Source: Myxococcota bacterium (GTDB lineage: Bacteria > Myxococcota_A > UBA9160 > SZUA-336). Taken from it: a stretch of 64,000 nucleotides of DNA. Below the pieces are notes generated by a model. It was given only the letters and a program-made list of their open reading frames with translations, searched no databases and had not been told where the DNA came from. The translations under genes were made by a program, and so were the position numbers. Positions 40,086 to 50,017 of the stretch are shown piece after piece (position 1 is the first letter of the stretch; every line of letters starts with the position of its first letter). The stretch covers positions 224,001 to 288,000 of the forward strand of contig CBDFGR010000001.1 in NCBI GenBank assembly GCA_965247115.1, given 5' to 3'.

Positions 40086-40188
40086 AATAGATCCTGGGCC
40101 TTGCCGTGGTGACCGGGAGTGTTATATGAGCCCCCTGCCCACAGCCACGCCAAGGCGTGCGTGGGGCTTGAAAGGAGCGGCATTTCGG

Positions 40189-40530
40189 ATGGAGGCTGAG
40201 CGGAAGGAAAGACTGGGAACAAAGTGGACCTGCTATTCGTGCGGAATCAGGTTCTACGACCTGAAGAAGCCCGAGCCCACCTGCCCGAAGTGCCAGGCCG
40301 ACCAGCGCGAGTCGCCGTTGCTGGAGAAGAAGCCGACGCGGGCACGCGCGACCAAGAAGAAGACCGCCCGCAAGAAGAAGACGGCCAAAGCCAAGAAGAC
40401 GAAGGTCTCAGCGCTGGCCGCCCTCGATGACAATGAGACGACCGTCAAGCCCGACGAAGACCGGGTCCGGCCGGTCGACGAGATCGATCCGAATGAGGTG
40501 AGGTCCGAGATCGCGGGAGACGACGCGTAG
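40189..40530 (+). CDS. FYDLN acid-domain (TIGR02300-like) Zn-ribbon protein
   Basis: LGTKWTCYSCGIRFYDLKKPEPTCPKC, acidic tail; AAAGGAG upstream. Confidence 0.85.
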   Translation: MEAERKERLGTKWTCYSCGIRFYDLKKPEPTCPKCQADQRESPLLEKKPTRARATKKKTARKKKTAKAKKTKVSALAALDDNETTVKPDEDRVRPVDEIDPNEVRSEIAGDDA

Positions 40531-40545
40531 CGCGACGGCTGCGTC

Positions 40546-40965
40546 CTACAGGCTGAGAACGCGGCGCTTCATCCGGTTCCAGGGCTTGTCGAGTCCTCGA
40601 TCGCGGATCGACTGCTCTCGTTCCAGCTCCTTCAGGGCCCCCTCCTGCTCGAACAGCTCCGCACGACGATTGCGCCAGGTCTGGTTGTACAGCTGGAAGC
40701 TCTCGAAGCCTCGCACCCTGCCGTGGATGTCGGACGGCGCGAAGCCGTCGACTTCATCCTGTCCGTGCGGGGCCTCACTCACCTGGGCGGCCAGCTGCGT
40801 TACCTGCTGCTGGTACGCCTCGATCAGCGCTACCAGATTCTCGTCGGACATGTCCGCATAGGTGCGATTCTGAAGCTCGGTATCGAGGTGCTCGTTGCGG
40901 CGGTAATTCAGGAACCCACCCGCGCACAGGCCGACGATCAACAGGACCAGGAGGAATTTCCACAT
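40546..40965 (-). CDS. Hypothetical membrane-anchored coiled-coil protein
   Basis: MWKFLLVLLIVGLC N-terminal TM segment. Confidence 0.65.
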   Translation of the reverse strand: MWKFLLVLLIVGLCAGGFLNYRRNEHLDTELQNRTYADMSDENLVALIEAYQQQVTQLAAQVSEAPHGQDEVDGFAPSDIHGRVRGFESFQLYNQTWRNRRAELFEQEGALKELEREQSIRDRGLDKPWNRMKRRVLSL

Positions 40966-41033
40966 GCACGACGGATCGGCGCAACACAGGGCGGGGTTGA
41001 GCCCGCCTTTCCGCAACGGCTAGCGCCGGAGCG

Positions 41034-43082
41034 TCAGGGGCGACCGTCGTAGAGGAGCTGGTAGATACGGCGGGAACGGACCACGCGGCGCAGGTAGCGA
41101 CGCGTCTCGCTGTAAGGTACGGACTCTACGAAGACGTCCTTTGCCTGTCGGCCATCGCGCTCGAGCCAGCGCGACACGATGTTCGGTCCGGCGTTGTACG
41201 CCGCGATCGCGAGCTCCTCCGAACCCCGGAAGCGTCCGACGAGCCGCTTCAGGTAGAACGTGCCGAAGCGGATGTTCGTGTCGGGCTCGAGCAGGATGTC
41301 GGCCTGGAACGCTGGCACGCCAAGCGAGCTCGCGATGCGGTCGCCCGTCTGCGGAATGATCTGCATGAGTCCCATCGCGCCCGCAGGAGAGGCGATTTCC
41401 GGCCGGTAGGTGCTCTCTTCCCGCATGACCGCGTAGACCAGGGCGGAATCGAATTCGAACTCCGCAGTGGCCCGCCGAACGGGCCTGTCGAACGGACGAG
41501 GCCAGGCCAGCTGCCACGCCTCGCGCCAGGCGGGATCGATGCCCTGCTCTAGCGCTCCCCCGAAGCCGTTGATCACCGTCCGCACCGCTCGGAAGTGGTC
41601 GCCGAGCGTGTGAAGCAGCTCTGCCGCGGTCAGGCTCGACTCCCGATCGAGGTCAGAGCCGCGCAGCCAGCTCTCGACCTCGTCGGTCGCCAGATCGGAG
41701 AAGCCGGCTTCAATGAGCAGCTTCGCACGATCGGCATGCCGATCGCTCGAGGCGCTGCGCTGACCTACGAACGACCGTTCCAGTCGGGGATTCATGCCGA
41801 GGCGGCTCGACGCGATGAGCCCGTAGTACGAGAGCGGGAGTGAGCTCGCGAGCTGCTGCAGATCCTCTCGGCCCGCCGCTTCGTCGAGCTGCATGCGGGC
41901 CATGGCGTGCCAGTAGCGCGCTCTCTGGACCTCGATGTCCCATTGGGAGCCGCGCGTCAGCGGACGAAGGTGCCGGAGTGCGGCGTGGTGGTCCCCGCGC
42001 ATCAGATCCGCCCACCCGAGCTCCCAGCGTGCGGCACGCCGGAGCTCGGGCACCAGGGCCTGCTTCTCTACTCCGCGGAACAGCTCCTCGGCCTGCGCCG
42101 GCTGCTGGTCCTGAAGCAGGACCGCGCTCAGGTACTGCGCTCGCGTGCGCAGCGCCGGGTCCGGGCCCTTCGCGATGCTCGCGAACTGCTTGAGCGCCAT
42201 GTTCGTCTTGCCGGAACGAGCCTGTGCGCGTGCGGAGCGGATGGCCGCGTTCCCGTTGCTGGGGTCTGTCTCCACGATGCGGGCAAAGGCGTCCTGCGCC
42301 TCGGGGTAGCGGCGCTGATTGAAGAGACAGTTTGCCCGGCCCTCCTCCGCCTCGCCCCGGCCTTCGCCATCGGCCTCCGCTCGCGCCAGCACCTCCTCGT
42401 AGAGCAAGAGCGCGCGCCCGCAGTGTGCCGAGGCTCGCAGGCGCTCGGCGAATTCGAGCAGCCAGCCGAGCGCCGGCTCTGGCGCCCCCGTCGCAGCCGT
42501 GAGCTCTACACTCCGCACATACGCTGCCTCGGCCACCTTGGAGAGTGGCCAGCGTCGCCAGGTCTTCCGGTACAGACGCAGGGCATCGCCAGGCAGGGGC
42601 TTCTGATCGAACGCCTGCGCCGCCTCCAGCATCAGCGAGGCAGAGTTCTCGGGGTCGCGCGAGCTCTCCCACGCGAGCCGCTGCTCGCGGTAGCCAGCGA
42701 GCAGGTCGCCCTGTTCGAGCCGGAGCTGCGCGATCTCGTGGTGCAGCCGCGACTCGACCTCGGAAGGAGGATCTCGCTGCAGACCGTGCCTGGCCGCCGC
42801 AATCGAGTCCTCGACCTTGCCCTGCTCGCGCAGGATCCGGGCCCGAATGAGCGCAACGTGGTCCGCCAGATCGCTCTCTTCCAGAATGGCGAGACGCGCC
42901 AGCGCATGGTCGAGCTCTCCCTCGCTCCAGTCGTGACGCACCTCGACGAGCACCGTCGCGGGGTCGGCGATCTTGCCCGGGACCGCCGCCGTACCCAGCA
43001 GCAGCAGCAGGGCGAGCGCCCCTCGCGCGCCAGCGCGCGTAGACAGGCCGTCTCCGCGGTCTCTCATCCCGTGCCCCTTCAT
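41034..43082 (-). CDS. TPR-containing soluble lytic transglycosylase
   Basis: AVMREES, GAMGLMQI, AAYNAG, PYSETRRY. Confidence 0.93.
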   Translation of the reverse strand: MKGHGMRDRGDGLSTRAGARGALALLLLLGTAAVPGKIADPATVLVEVRHDWSEGELDHALARLAILEESDLADHVALIRARILREQGKVEDSIAAARHGLQRDPPSEVESRLHHEIAQLRLEQGDLLAGYREQRLAWESSRDPENSASLMLEAAQAFDQKPLPGDALRLYRKTWRRWPLSKVAEAAYVRSVELTAATGAPEPALGWLLEFAERLRASAHCGRALLLYEEVLARAEADGEGRGEAEEGRANCLFNQRRYPEAQDAFARIVETDPSNGNAAIRSARAQARSGKTNMALKQFASIAKGPDPALRTRAQYLSAVLLQDQQPAQAEELFRGVEKQALVPELRRAARWELGWADLMRGDHHAALRHLRPLTRGSQWDIEVQRARYWHAMARMQLDEAAGREDLQQLASSLPLSYYGLIASSRLGMNPRLERSFVGQRSASSDRHADRAKLLIEAGFSDLATDEVESWLRGSDLDRESSLTAAELLHTLGDHFRAVRTVINGFGGALEQGIDPAWREAWQLAWPRPFDRPVRRATAEFEFDSALVYAVMREESTYRPEIASPAGAMGLMQIIPQTGDRIASSLGVPAFQADILLEPDTNIRFGTFYLKRLVGRFRGSEELAIAAYNAGPNIVSRWLERDGRQAKDVFVESVPYSETRRYLRRVVRSRRIYQLLYDGRP

Positions 43083-43160
43083 CGTGTGAGGGTAACGCTG
43101 GCCAATGTCGCTGCCATTCGCGAGGTGGCCGCCCTACTCTGCTACGTTTTCAGCGCCGAC

Positions 43161-44327
43161 ATGAGTCTGCGTCTGCTGCCAGCTCTCCTGTTTCTCGCCC
43201 TCGCCTGCGGCGAACGCAGCGCCGAGTTCGCGGAGCCGCGCCGCGCGCTGTGGGTGCTGGCGGAGGGAACGCATCGCACGCTCGAGGATCCTGCAAAGAT
43301 CGACCAGCTCGTTCGCGATGCGGTCGAGCTCCACGTGAGCGACTTGTTCGTGCAGGTGTATCGCTCGGGCAAGAGCTGGTTTCCATCGGAGCGGGCCGAC
43401 GACTCGCCCTATCGGGCGATTCGAGCTGCGGGGCACGACGACCCCCTGCCACGCGTCGTCGAGCGAGCGCACGCTGCCGGGCTGCGCGTGCACGCCTGGT
43501 TCAATGCACTGTCCCTGGCCCGAAACGAGCGTGCCCCCCTGCTGGTGCGACTGGGACGCGACGCCGTGCTCGTGGATCGCGTCGGTCGCAACCTGCTCGA
43601 CTACCCCCGGTACGACGTGCCCCGTTCGCCCGACTTCTACACGCGCCTGGGGACCCCGGGAATCTGGCTGGATCCCGCGGGGCCGGGGGTGATCGAGTAC
43701 CTCGAGGGAACCGTAGACGACCTCGTGAAAAGCGCCCCCGATCTGGACGGTCTGCACCTGGACTACATTCGCCATCCGATCACGCTGCCCATGCTCCCCG
43801 GCTCGCGCTTCCGCGGCCTGGACTTCGGCTACGGCGCCGCGTCCAAGGAAGGATTCGTGGCCGAGCGCGGCGGCTTCCGTCTGGGCGATACCTGGGACGT
43901 CTACCGGCGCGAGCAAGTGGGCGAGGTTGTGCGTCGCCTCGGCGCGCGCCTGCCCGCAACCTGGGAGCACTCCGCTGCGGTCATGAGCTACGCGGATCGA
44001 GCGTACCTGACGGCAATGCAGGACTGGCGCCACTGGCTCGAGCAGGGTTGGCTCGACTTTGCCGTGGCCATGGCGTACACCAGGGATGACACATTGTTGC
44101 GTTACATGATCGGCGAGCTGCGGGGAGGCGTGGCTGGCGACCGCGTCTGGATCGGTGTCGGCTCCTGGCTGTTCGTCGCAGAGCCCGAACGCGCGGCTGC
44201 GCAGCTGGACGCCGCGCTGGCGGCGGTGCCGATGGGCGTGGCGATCTTCTCCTATGACGCGATCGCAGCGGCCCCGGAGGCACGGGCTGCGCTTGGGCCT
44301 CGGCCCAGGGTGGGAGCGGCGGAGTGA
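43161..44327 (+). CDS. GHL10 (family-10-like glycoside hydrolase) lipoprotein
   Basis: LALAC lipobox, RALWV, LFVQV, GLRVHAWFN, DGLHLDYIR, QDW..W. Confidence 0.85.
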   Translation: MSLRLLPALLFLALACGERSAEFAEPRRALWVLAEGTHRTLEDPAKIDQLVRDAVELHVSDLFVQVYRSGKSWFPSERADDSPYRAIRAAGHDDPLPRVVERAHAAGLRVHAWFNALSLARNERAPLLVRLGRDAVLVDRVGRNLLDYPRYDVPRSPDFYTRLGTPGIWLDPAGPGVIEYLEGTVDDLVKSAPDLDGLHLDYIRHPITLPMLPGSRFRGLDFGYGAASKEGFVAERGGFRLGDTWDVYRREQVGEVVRRLGARLPATWEHSAAVMSYADRAYLTAMQDWRHWLEQGWLDFAVAMAYTRDDTLLRYMIGELRGGVAGDRVWIGVGSWLFVAEPERAAAQLDAALAAVPMGVAIFSYDAIAAAPEARAALGPRPRVGAAE

Positions 44328-45310
44328 TCCAGAAGGCAGACCTCGAGTACGAGCTGCCTCCCGGGCGGATCGCTCAACGCCCCGTCGAGCCGCGCGATGC
44401 GGCGCGGCTCCTCGTGCTCGAGCGAGCGAGTGGGCAGCTCAGCGAGCTGCGCTTCTCCGAACTTCCAGCGCACTTCGGCCCTCATGATCTCGCGATCGTG
44501 AACGACACCCGGGTCATTCCGGCGCGCCTGCGCGGTTGCAAGGTCTCGGGGGGCCAGGCCGAGGTCCTGCTCGTGGAGCGCGAGTCCGACGGGAGCTGGC
44601 TCGCCCTGCTCCGGACGGGCGGGCGCTTGCGAGCCGGTCTCCTGCTCCGCTTCGGTGAGCTCGAGGCGCGTGTCGAAGCGGTGCTGCCGGATGGAAGCTG
44701 CCGTCTGCGCCTCGACAAGGAGGAGCTGCTCGAGCAGCTCGGGGAGGTGCCGCTGCCGCCCTACATTCGGCGCGACGCGCCGCTGGCCAGCGACCCCGAA
44801 GACTACCAGAGCGTCTTCGCCGAAATTCCGGGCGCGGTGGCCGCCCCTACCGCCTCACTCCACTTCACGCCGGAGCTTGCGGCGCGGCTGCAGATTGCCA
44901 GGGTCACGCTCCACGTAGGGCCCGGCACGTTTCGGCCCATCCGCTGCGAGCGACTCGAGGACCACCGGATCGATCCCGAGCGTTTCGAGGTCCCCGCGGA
45001 GACGGCGTCTGCCATCGGCAGGGCGCGAGCGGTCGGTGGTTGCGTGACCGCGGTGGGAACCACGGTCGTGCGCGCGCTGGAAACCTCGGGAGAGCAGGCC
45101 GCATCGGGGCGCACGGGCCTGGTGATCTTGCCGGGCCACGAGTTCCGCGTTGTCGACTCGCTCATCACGAACTTTCACATGCCCGGCTCGAGCCTGCTTG
45201 CGCTGGTGCAGGCCTTTGCGGGTGTCGAGGCGACGAAGCGGGCATACGCACACGCCATCCGCGAAGGGTTTCGCTTCTATTCCTACGGAGACGCCATGTG
45301 GATTCGCTAG
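44324..45310 (+). CDS. queA: S-adenosylmethionine:tRNA ribosyltransferase-isomerase
   Basis: NDTRVIPARL, PLPPYIRR, AAPTASLHF, FYSYGDAM. Confidence 0.96.
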   Translation: MIQKADLEYELPPGRIAQRPVEPRDAARLLVLERASGQLSELRFSELPAHFGPHDLAIVNDTRVIPARLRGCKVSGGQAEVLLVERESDGSWLALLRTGGRLRAGLLLRFGELEARVEAVLPDGSCRLRLDKEELLEQLGEVPLPPYIRRDAPLASDPEDYQSVFAEIPGAVAAPTASLHFTPELAARLQIARVTLHVGPGTFRPIRCERLEDHRIDPERFEVPAETASAIGRARAVGGCVTAVGTTVVRALETSGEQAASGRTGLVILPGHEFRVVDSLITNFHMPGSSLLALVQAFAGVEATKRAYAHAIREGFRFYSYGDAMWIR

Positions 45311-46464
45311 CCGCGATCCCACCCCGCTTCGAGACCCTCGCCCGTGACGGTGCGGCGCGCGTCGGTCAACTGCACACGACCCACGGCGTTCTCCACACGC
45401 CGGCCTTCCTGCCCGTGGGTACCTACGGGGCGGTGCGTGGTCTCACTCCCAGCGAGCTCCGCGAGGTGGGCGTGGAGGGCATCCTCACCAACACCTATCA
45501 CCTGCACCTGCGTCCGGGCGAGGAGTCCGTTTCCCGCCTCGGCGGCCTGCACCGCTTCATGGGCTGGAGTGGCCCGATCGCGACGGACTCCGGGGGCTTC
45601 CAGGTCTACTCGCTCGATCACCTGTGCCGGCGCAGCGAGGGCGGCGTCGAGTTCAAGAGCCCCATCGATGGGTCAACGCGCAGCCTGACGCCGGAGAGCT
45701 GCATCGAGATCCAGGAGCGTCTCGGGGCGGATCTGATCCTGGCGCTGGACGAGTTCGAGCCGATCCCGCGCGAGGGTTCCGCCGAGCAGGCCCGGCCGAT
45801 GATGGAGCGTACGCTTCGCTGGGCTGAGCGCTGCCGCGTGGCAGCCACACGAGCGGATCAGCTGCTATTCGGCATCGTGCAGGGGGGCGGCGCCGGCGCG
45901 CTTCGCGCGGAGAGCGCCCGAGAAACGGCGGCACTCGGCTTTGAGGCCTTCGCCATTGGCGGCCTCGGGCTTGGGGAGTCTCTGGAGCAACGTCGCGCCC
46001 TGGTAGACGTCGTGGTCGCCGAGCTGCCGGAGAGTCGGCCACGCTACTTGATGGGGGTCGGCCCGCCAGAGGACCTGATCCAGGCCGTGTCTCAAGGGAC
46101 GGATCTGTTCGACTGCGTCGTCCCCACGCGGGACGGGCGACACGGTTCCGTGTTTACCCGAGAGGGCCGGATCAATCTGCGCAACGCGCGCTTCCGCGAT
46201 GATGGGGGCCCGCTCGATCCGGAGTGCGGCGGTCCCTGCTGCGCGCACTACTCCCGCGCCTACCTACGGCACTTGCTCCGCTCCGGAGAGTTCCTGGCAC
46301 AGCGTCTCGTGAGCCTTCACAACCTCGCCTTCTACATGAGCTTGATGCGTGAAATGCGAGATTCCATCGCCGCCGGCAAACTTCAAGCATGGGTTGAAGG
46401 ATGGCGCGCTCGCTATGGGACATCCGCGGCGGCGACCACTTCGGCTACACACAGCGCGGCGTAG
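45298..46464 (+). CDS. tgt: Queuine tRNA-ribosyltransferase
   Basis: TPAFLPVGT, NTYHL, DSGGFQ, GIVQGG, FDCVVPTR. Confidence 0.96.
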   Translation: MDSLAAIPPRFETLARDGAARVGQLHTTHGVLHTPAFLPVGTYGAVRGLTPSELREVGVEGILTNTYHLHLRPGEESVSRLGGLHRFMGWSGPIATDSGGFQVYSLDHLCRRSEGGVEFKSPIDGSTRSLTPESCIEIQERLGADLILALDEFEPIPREGSAEQARPMMERTLRWAERCRVAATRADQLLFGIVQGGGAGALRAESARETAALGFEAFAIGGLGLGESLEQRRALVDVVVAELPESRPRYLMGVGPPEDLIQAVSQGTDLFDCVVPTRDGRHGSVFTREGRINLRNARFRDDGGPLDPECGGPCCAHYSRAYLRHLLRSGEFLAQRLVSLHNLAFYMSLMREMRDSIAAGKLQAWVEGWRARYGTSAAATTSATHSAA

Positions 46465-47396
46465 GCGGGCAGCTTCGCCCCGAGCGCGCCTGCCTCGATG
46501 CGCACGTCAGCATGCACCGGCCAGAGCCGCTCCGACACACGAGCGCGTAGGTCGTCGAGGAACAGGTCCGCGTTTCGCTCAACGATCGTGCCGAGCACGA
46601 TTCTCTCCGGGTCCAGGCCGATCACGACTCCTGCCAGTCCCGTGGCGAGGTGATCGAGGAACTCTGCTCGGAGGGCGAGGGCGTACGGGTCGCCCGCTCG
46701 CAAGGACTCGACCCAGAGCCGCGTGCTGACTCTTGCCGGATCTCCCCCGGCCCTGGCCAGGATCTCGGGCGCCTGCCCCTCCTCGATGTCCTCGCGGATC
46801 CGTTCGGCCAGCCCGGCCCCGCTGACGTAGGCCTCGAGACACCCGCGCAGCCCACAGGAGCAGGGCCGACCACCCGGCACGATGGCAACATGCCCGATCT
46901 CGCCCGCGGAGAAGTGCGCGCCCCTGTAGAGTCGCGAGTCCAGGATCAAGCCAGCTCCGACTCCCGTGCTCATCGTCAGGTACACCATGTGAGCGCTGCC
47001 CTGCCCTGCCCCGAAGCGCCACTCTGCCAGCGCAGCCGCGTTGGCGTCGTTCTCGAGCCCACCCCGCAGGCCAAGTGCGGAGGAGAGCTCGGCTACGAGT
47101 GGCACGTCGTGCCAGCCGGGCAGGTTCGGGGCCTCCAGCACCACGCCGCGCACCGGATCGAGGGGACCAGGAGCGCACAGGCCCAGTGCATCCACCTCGG
47201 AAGACGAGACGCCGGTCTCGCGGAGCAGATGTCCTGCCTGCGCCTCGAGGGCTCCGAGATCCGCCTGCCAGGACCCGCTCGTCCAGTCCTCCCGGCGGGA
47301 TTCAGCCACGATCTCGCCGTTCGCGCGCCCGAGGGCGGCGACCGTCTTCGTACCGCCAATGTCCAGTCCCAGGAGCAAACGCTTCGGTTCTGGCAA
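46413..47396 (-). CDS. ROK family sugar kinase
   Basis: GLDIGGTK, ENDANAAALAE, GEIGH..CSCG..GCLE; start approximate. Confidence 0.92.
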   Translation of the reverse strand: MPEPKRLLLGLDIGGTKTVAALGRANGEIVAESRREDWTSGSWQADLGALEAQAGHLLRETGVSSSEVDALGLCAPGPLDPVRGVVLEAPNLPGWHDVPLVAELSSALGLRGGLENDANAAALAEWRFGAGQGSAHMVYLTMSTGVGAGLILDSRLYRGAHFSAGEIGHVAIVPGGRPCSCGLRGCLEAYVSGAGLAERIREDIEEGQAPEILARAGGDPARVSTRLWVESLRAGDPYALALRAEFLDHLATGLAGVVIGLDPERIVLGTIVERNADLFLDDLRARVSERLWPVHADVRIEAGALGAKLPAYAALCVAEVVAAADVP

Positions 47397-47470
47397 CCCA
47401 CTCTCCCGTACAGGTCTAGGACGTGAAAATGCCACTTCGTGAATGAGCGGTCCCGTCCGATAGGAGGGGA

Positions 47471-47929
47471 ATGCACAACCGAGTCGTCCCGATCCTGATT
47501 CTGGCGAGCGTGACCCTGGCTGGCTGCTCACTTGGCCGGGGCAACCCGGAGTTCCTGATCCCAGCCAAGCGCGTGGCTGTGGTGCGGGATACCGCGGAGC
47601 GCTACGGCGACAATCTGCGCTGGGGACGGCTGGACGCGGCGCTCGGGATGGTCGAGCCGGACCGCCGAGCGATGTTTCTCGCGACCTTCCGCGATGCGAA
47701 CCCCCCACTGCGCTTCACGAATTTCGAGATCGTCACGGTCGAGCTCGGCACCTCGCGAGAGGAGGTGGAGGTGCTGGCGAGCTTTCGACTCTACCGCCTG
47801 CCGAACCTCTCAGAGCGGAGCGTTCACGAGCTGCAAGTCTGGCGCTTCGACCCGGCACGAGGCCGCTGGTACATCCGTCCGGACCTGTCGCTGTTTCTCG
47901 ATTCCGGAGTCAGTGCGGGCGGTCGCTGA
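47471..47929 (+). CDS. Hypothetical lipoprotein
   Basis: AGGAGG RBS, LAGC lipobox. Confidence 0.75.
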   Translation: MHNRVVPILILASVTLAGCSLGRGNPEFLIPAKRVAVVRDTAERYGDNLRWGRLDAALGMVEPDRRAMFLATFRDANPPLRFTNFEIVTVELGTSREEVEVLASFRLYRLPNLSERSVHELQVWRFDPARGRWYIRPDLSLFLDSGVSAGGR

Positions 47930-48389
47930 TATAGATGAGCGGCTTATCGCCTCGTGAGACGACCGTGTGCGGCGTCATGATGCCGTTGCGAGTGAGATAC
48001 CGCCTGCGATCGACGTAGATCGGCTCGTCCCGCTCGGGATCCACCTGGAGCACGATTGCATCGTCGATCTGCAGCCCGAGCGTGACGCTGTGGTTGGACT
48101 TCTCTGGCTTCGCCGGCCTTGAGACCGCCGGCGCCTCGGGCACAGGGAGCGTGGTCAGCGCGGTGGCAATGGAGGCGCCGTGCTGGGCGACGGACAGCCG
48201 CTCGTAGTCCGCAAGCGCTCGATCGTCCTGTCTCTCGGCCCGGTCCGCGTAGCGGGCCGGAATCCGTGCGGCGTCATCGGTGAACGAGAGGACGCCGCTT
48301 TCGGTCTCGTACTGATAGAAGTCGGCTGACGCCGCCATCGGCGTCAGCAGTAGCGCCGCGGCGAGCGCCGTTCGCAGAGTAGCCGTCAT
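47910..48389 (-). CDS. Exported DUF4124-like protein
   Basis: Signal peptide then FYQYETESGVLSFTDD..IP..Y. Confidence 0.7.
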   Translation of the reverse strand: MTATLRTALAAALLLTPMAASADFYQYETESGVLSFTDDAARIPARYADRAERQDDRALADYERLSVAQHGASIATALTTLPVPEAPAVSRPAKPEKSNHSVTLGLQIDDAIVLQVDPERDEPIYVDRRRYLTRNGIMTPHTVVSRGDKPLIYISDRPH

Positions 48390-48666
48390 TCGCTTCCCTC
48401 CCCTAGCTGACACAAGGCTACTCATGTGTCGCCGCAAGTCCACAACAAAGTGTCGCCCTAGGGGCGCATGCGCTCGCAACACTGCTGGCTACGAGGGCGT
48501 CTGCACAGCGGAAACGAGAATCGTCAGATGTCTGTCTTCGAGATGGCGTCTCGCAGGCAACCCGTCCCGAACGCGATCCACCACGGCGTCAAGTCGGCCG
48601 TCAGTTCAGTCGATGAACGCCTGAGGAGCGGCGGCTCGATGGCCCTCCGAGTATGGAAGGTGAGAG

Positions 48667-48984
48667 ATGCTGAAAGACGCCGAAGTCAAGCGAGTCATCG
48701 AGGCGATTACCGAGTACAGAGAGCTGGTGGAGCATTCCACCGACATGCGCGACCAGCTGGAGTCGCTGCACGAACGCTGGCATGGGCTCAAGGAGGAGCG
48801 GGATGGTCTCCGAGTCAGTCTCGACAAGCTCCATCAGACCCTCTCGCAGCTCAAAGCAGACTACCAGGTGATGATGAAAAGGGTGAACGATCTTTCCTCG
48901 ACAGAAGACACCGTGCTCGACAACGTGAAGTTCCTGATCGACGAGTTGGACTCCACCCTGCGAAAGCACGAAACCCCGAGCTAG
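48667..48984 (+). CDS. Small coiled-coil hypothetical protein
   Basis: Heptad-rich 105 aa; GGAAGG upstream; host-like codon use. Confidence 0.7.
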   Translation: MLKDAEVKRVIEAITEYRELVEHSTDMRDQLESLHERWHGLKEERDGLRVSLDKLHQTLSQLKADYQVMMKRVNDLSSTEDTVLDNVKFLIDELDSTLRKHETPS

Positions 48985-49000
48985 GCTGCCACACGACGGC

Positions 49001-50017
49001 ATGACGCTGATGTTTTGGAAGGCATCCAGTCCCTTCACAGACGAGGGCCAGATCGAGGTCGAAGGGCAGAAGGACGGCGAGCGGAACATCCCCGACATGG
49101 GATCGTACCAGCCTGCGCAGTTCGAGCAGGCGCTGGTCGCCCACGGAGAGCGGGACGTCCAGCGGATCTACGAGAAGTCCTCGCAGAAGATCGCGAAGCT
49201 GCAGCCCATCTTTCAGGCCTGCCAGCGGCGCCTCACAGACCTCGAGACGCGCCTCCAGGCTGTCGGTAATCGCTACAAGGCAAGGAAGAGCGAGCTCGGC
49301 CGAGACTTTGCCAGCCGCTTCCCGCACAAGTATCACGTCGCCCTGATCATCTTCCTTGGAGTGGGCGAGTTTCCGCTCAACACGATCGTGTTCCGACTGT
49401 TCGGTGAGCCGGAGTTCCTGACCTACGTGATGGCATCGACGCTCGCCATTACCATCCCCCTACTCGGGCTGTTCATCGGCATCCACCTTCGCCAAACCGT
49501 GCCAGCCACCATCGGAAACATCCTGATCGGCGTCTTGACACCCGGCGTTGCGGCGGCCTCCCTGTTCTCGATCAGCCAGCTGAGAAACACCTACATTGTC
49601 TCTCAGGCCACCGATATCGCGGACGCCGCGTTCACCGGCCAAGACGAGCTGGCCTTTGCCCTCTTCGCCCTGAACGCCCTGGTGTTCTGTGGTGCGATGG
49701 TGAGCGCCTTCTTTTCCCACGATGCCGATGAGAAGCTCGACTCCTGCCACGGCTCGCTAGCAGTACTCGATCGGAAGACCAACACGGTTCGAAGACAGCA
49801 GCTCAAGATCGGCACCAGGATCAACGGCGAGATCCAACGCGCCAAGAGCAAGGTCGAGCAGGTGAGAGCGCTGTCGAGCGAGCGCATTGCCCTCTACCGA
49901 CGCACGAACATCCGTTGCCGCAGCCTCCTACCGCCGCCCTCCTTCCGAAAGAGCCCCGACTATGCCGAGCTGGACTGGTGGCCCGAGGTTGCGCTCAACA
50001 CGGGAAACCGCTCGTGA
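49001..50017 (+). CDS. Four-TM membrane protein flanked by coiled coils
   Basis: Four hydrophobic segments between helical charged regions. Confidence 0.8.
   Translation: MTLMFWKASSPFTDEGQIEVEGQKDGERNIPDMGSYQPAQFEQALVAHGERDVQRIYEKSSQKIAKLQPIFQACQRRLTDLETRLQAVGNRYKARKSELGRDFASRFPHKYHVALIIFLGVGEFPLNTIVFRLFGEPEFLTYVMASTLAITIPLLGLFIGIHLRQTVPATIGNILIGVLTPGVAAASLFSISQLRNTYIVSQATDIADAAFTGQDELAFALFALNALVFCGAMVSAFFSHDADEKLDSCHGSLAVLDRKTNTVRRQQLKIGTRINGEIQRAKSKVEQVRALSSERIALYRRTNIRCRSLLPPPSFRKSPDYAELDWWPEVALNTGNRS

Noticed and set aside
41907..43160. 806-aa version of the GHL10 ORF
   Set aside because: The upstream part overlaps the transglycosylase antisense; a lipoprotein signal begins at ATG 43161
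46221..46245. Tgt zinc motif reads CGGPCC rather than CxCxxC
   Set aside because: An adjacent Cys could substitute and all catalytic motifs are intact; too weak to call a functional change
48408..48460. TGACACA/TGTGTCG inverted pair and TGTCGCC repeats in the divergent intergenic region
   Set aside because: Short and imperfect; cannot be distinguished from chance without comparative data
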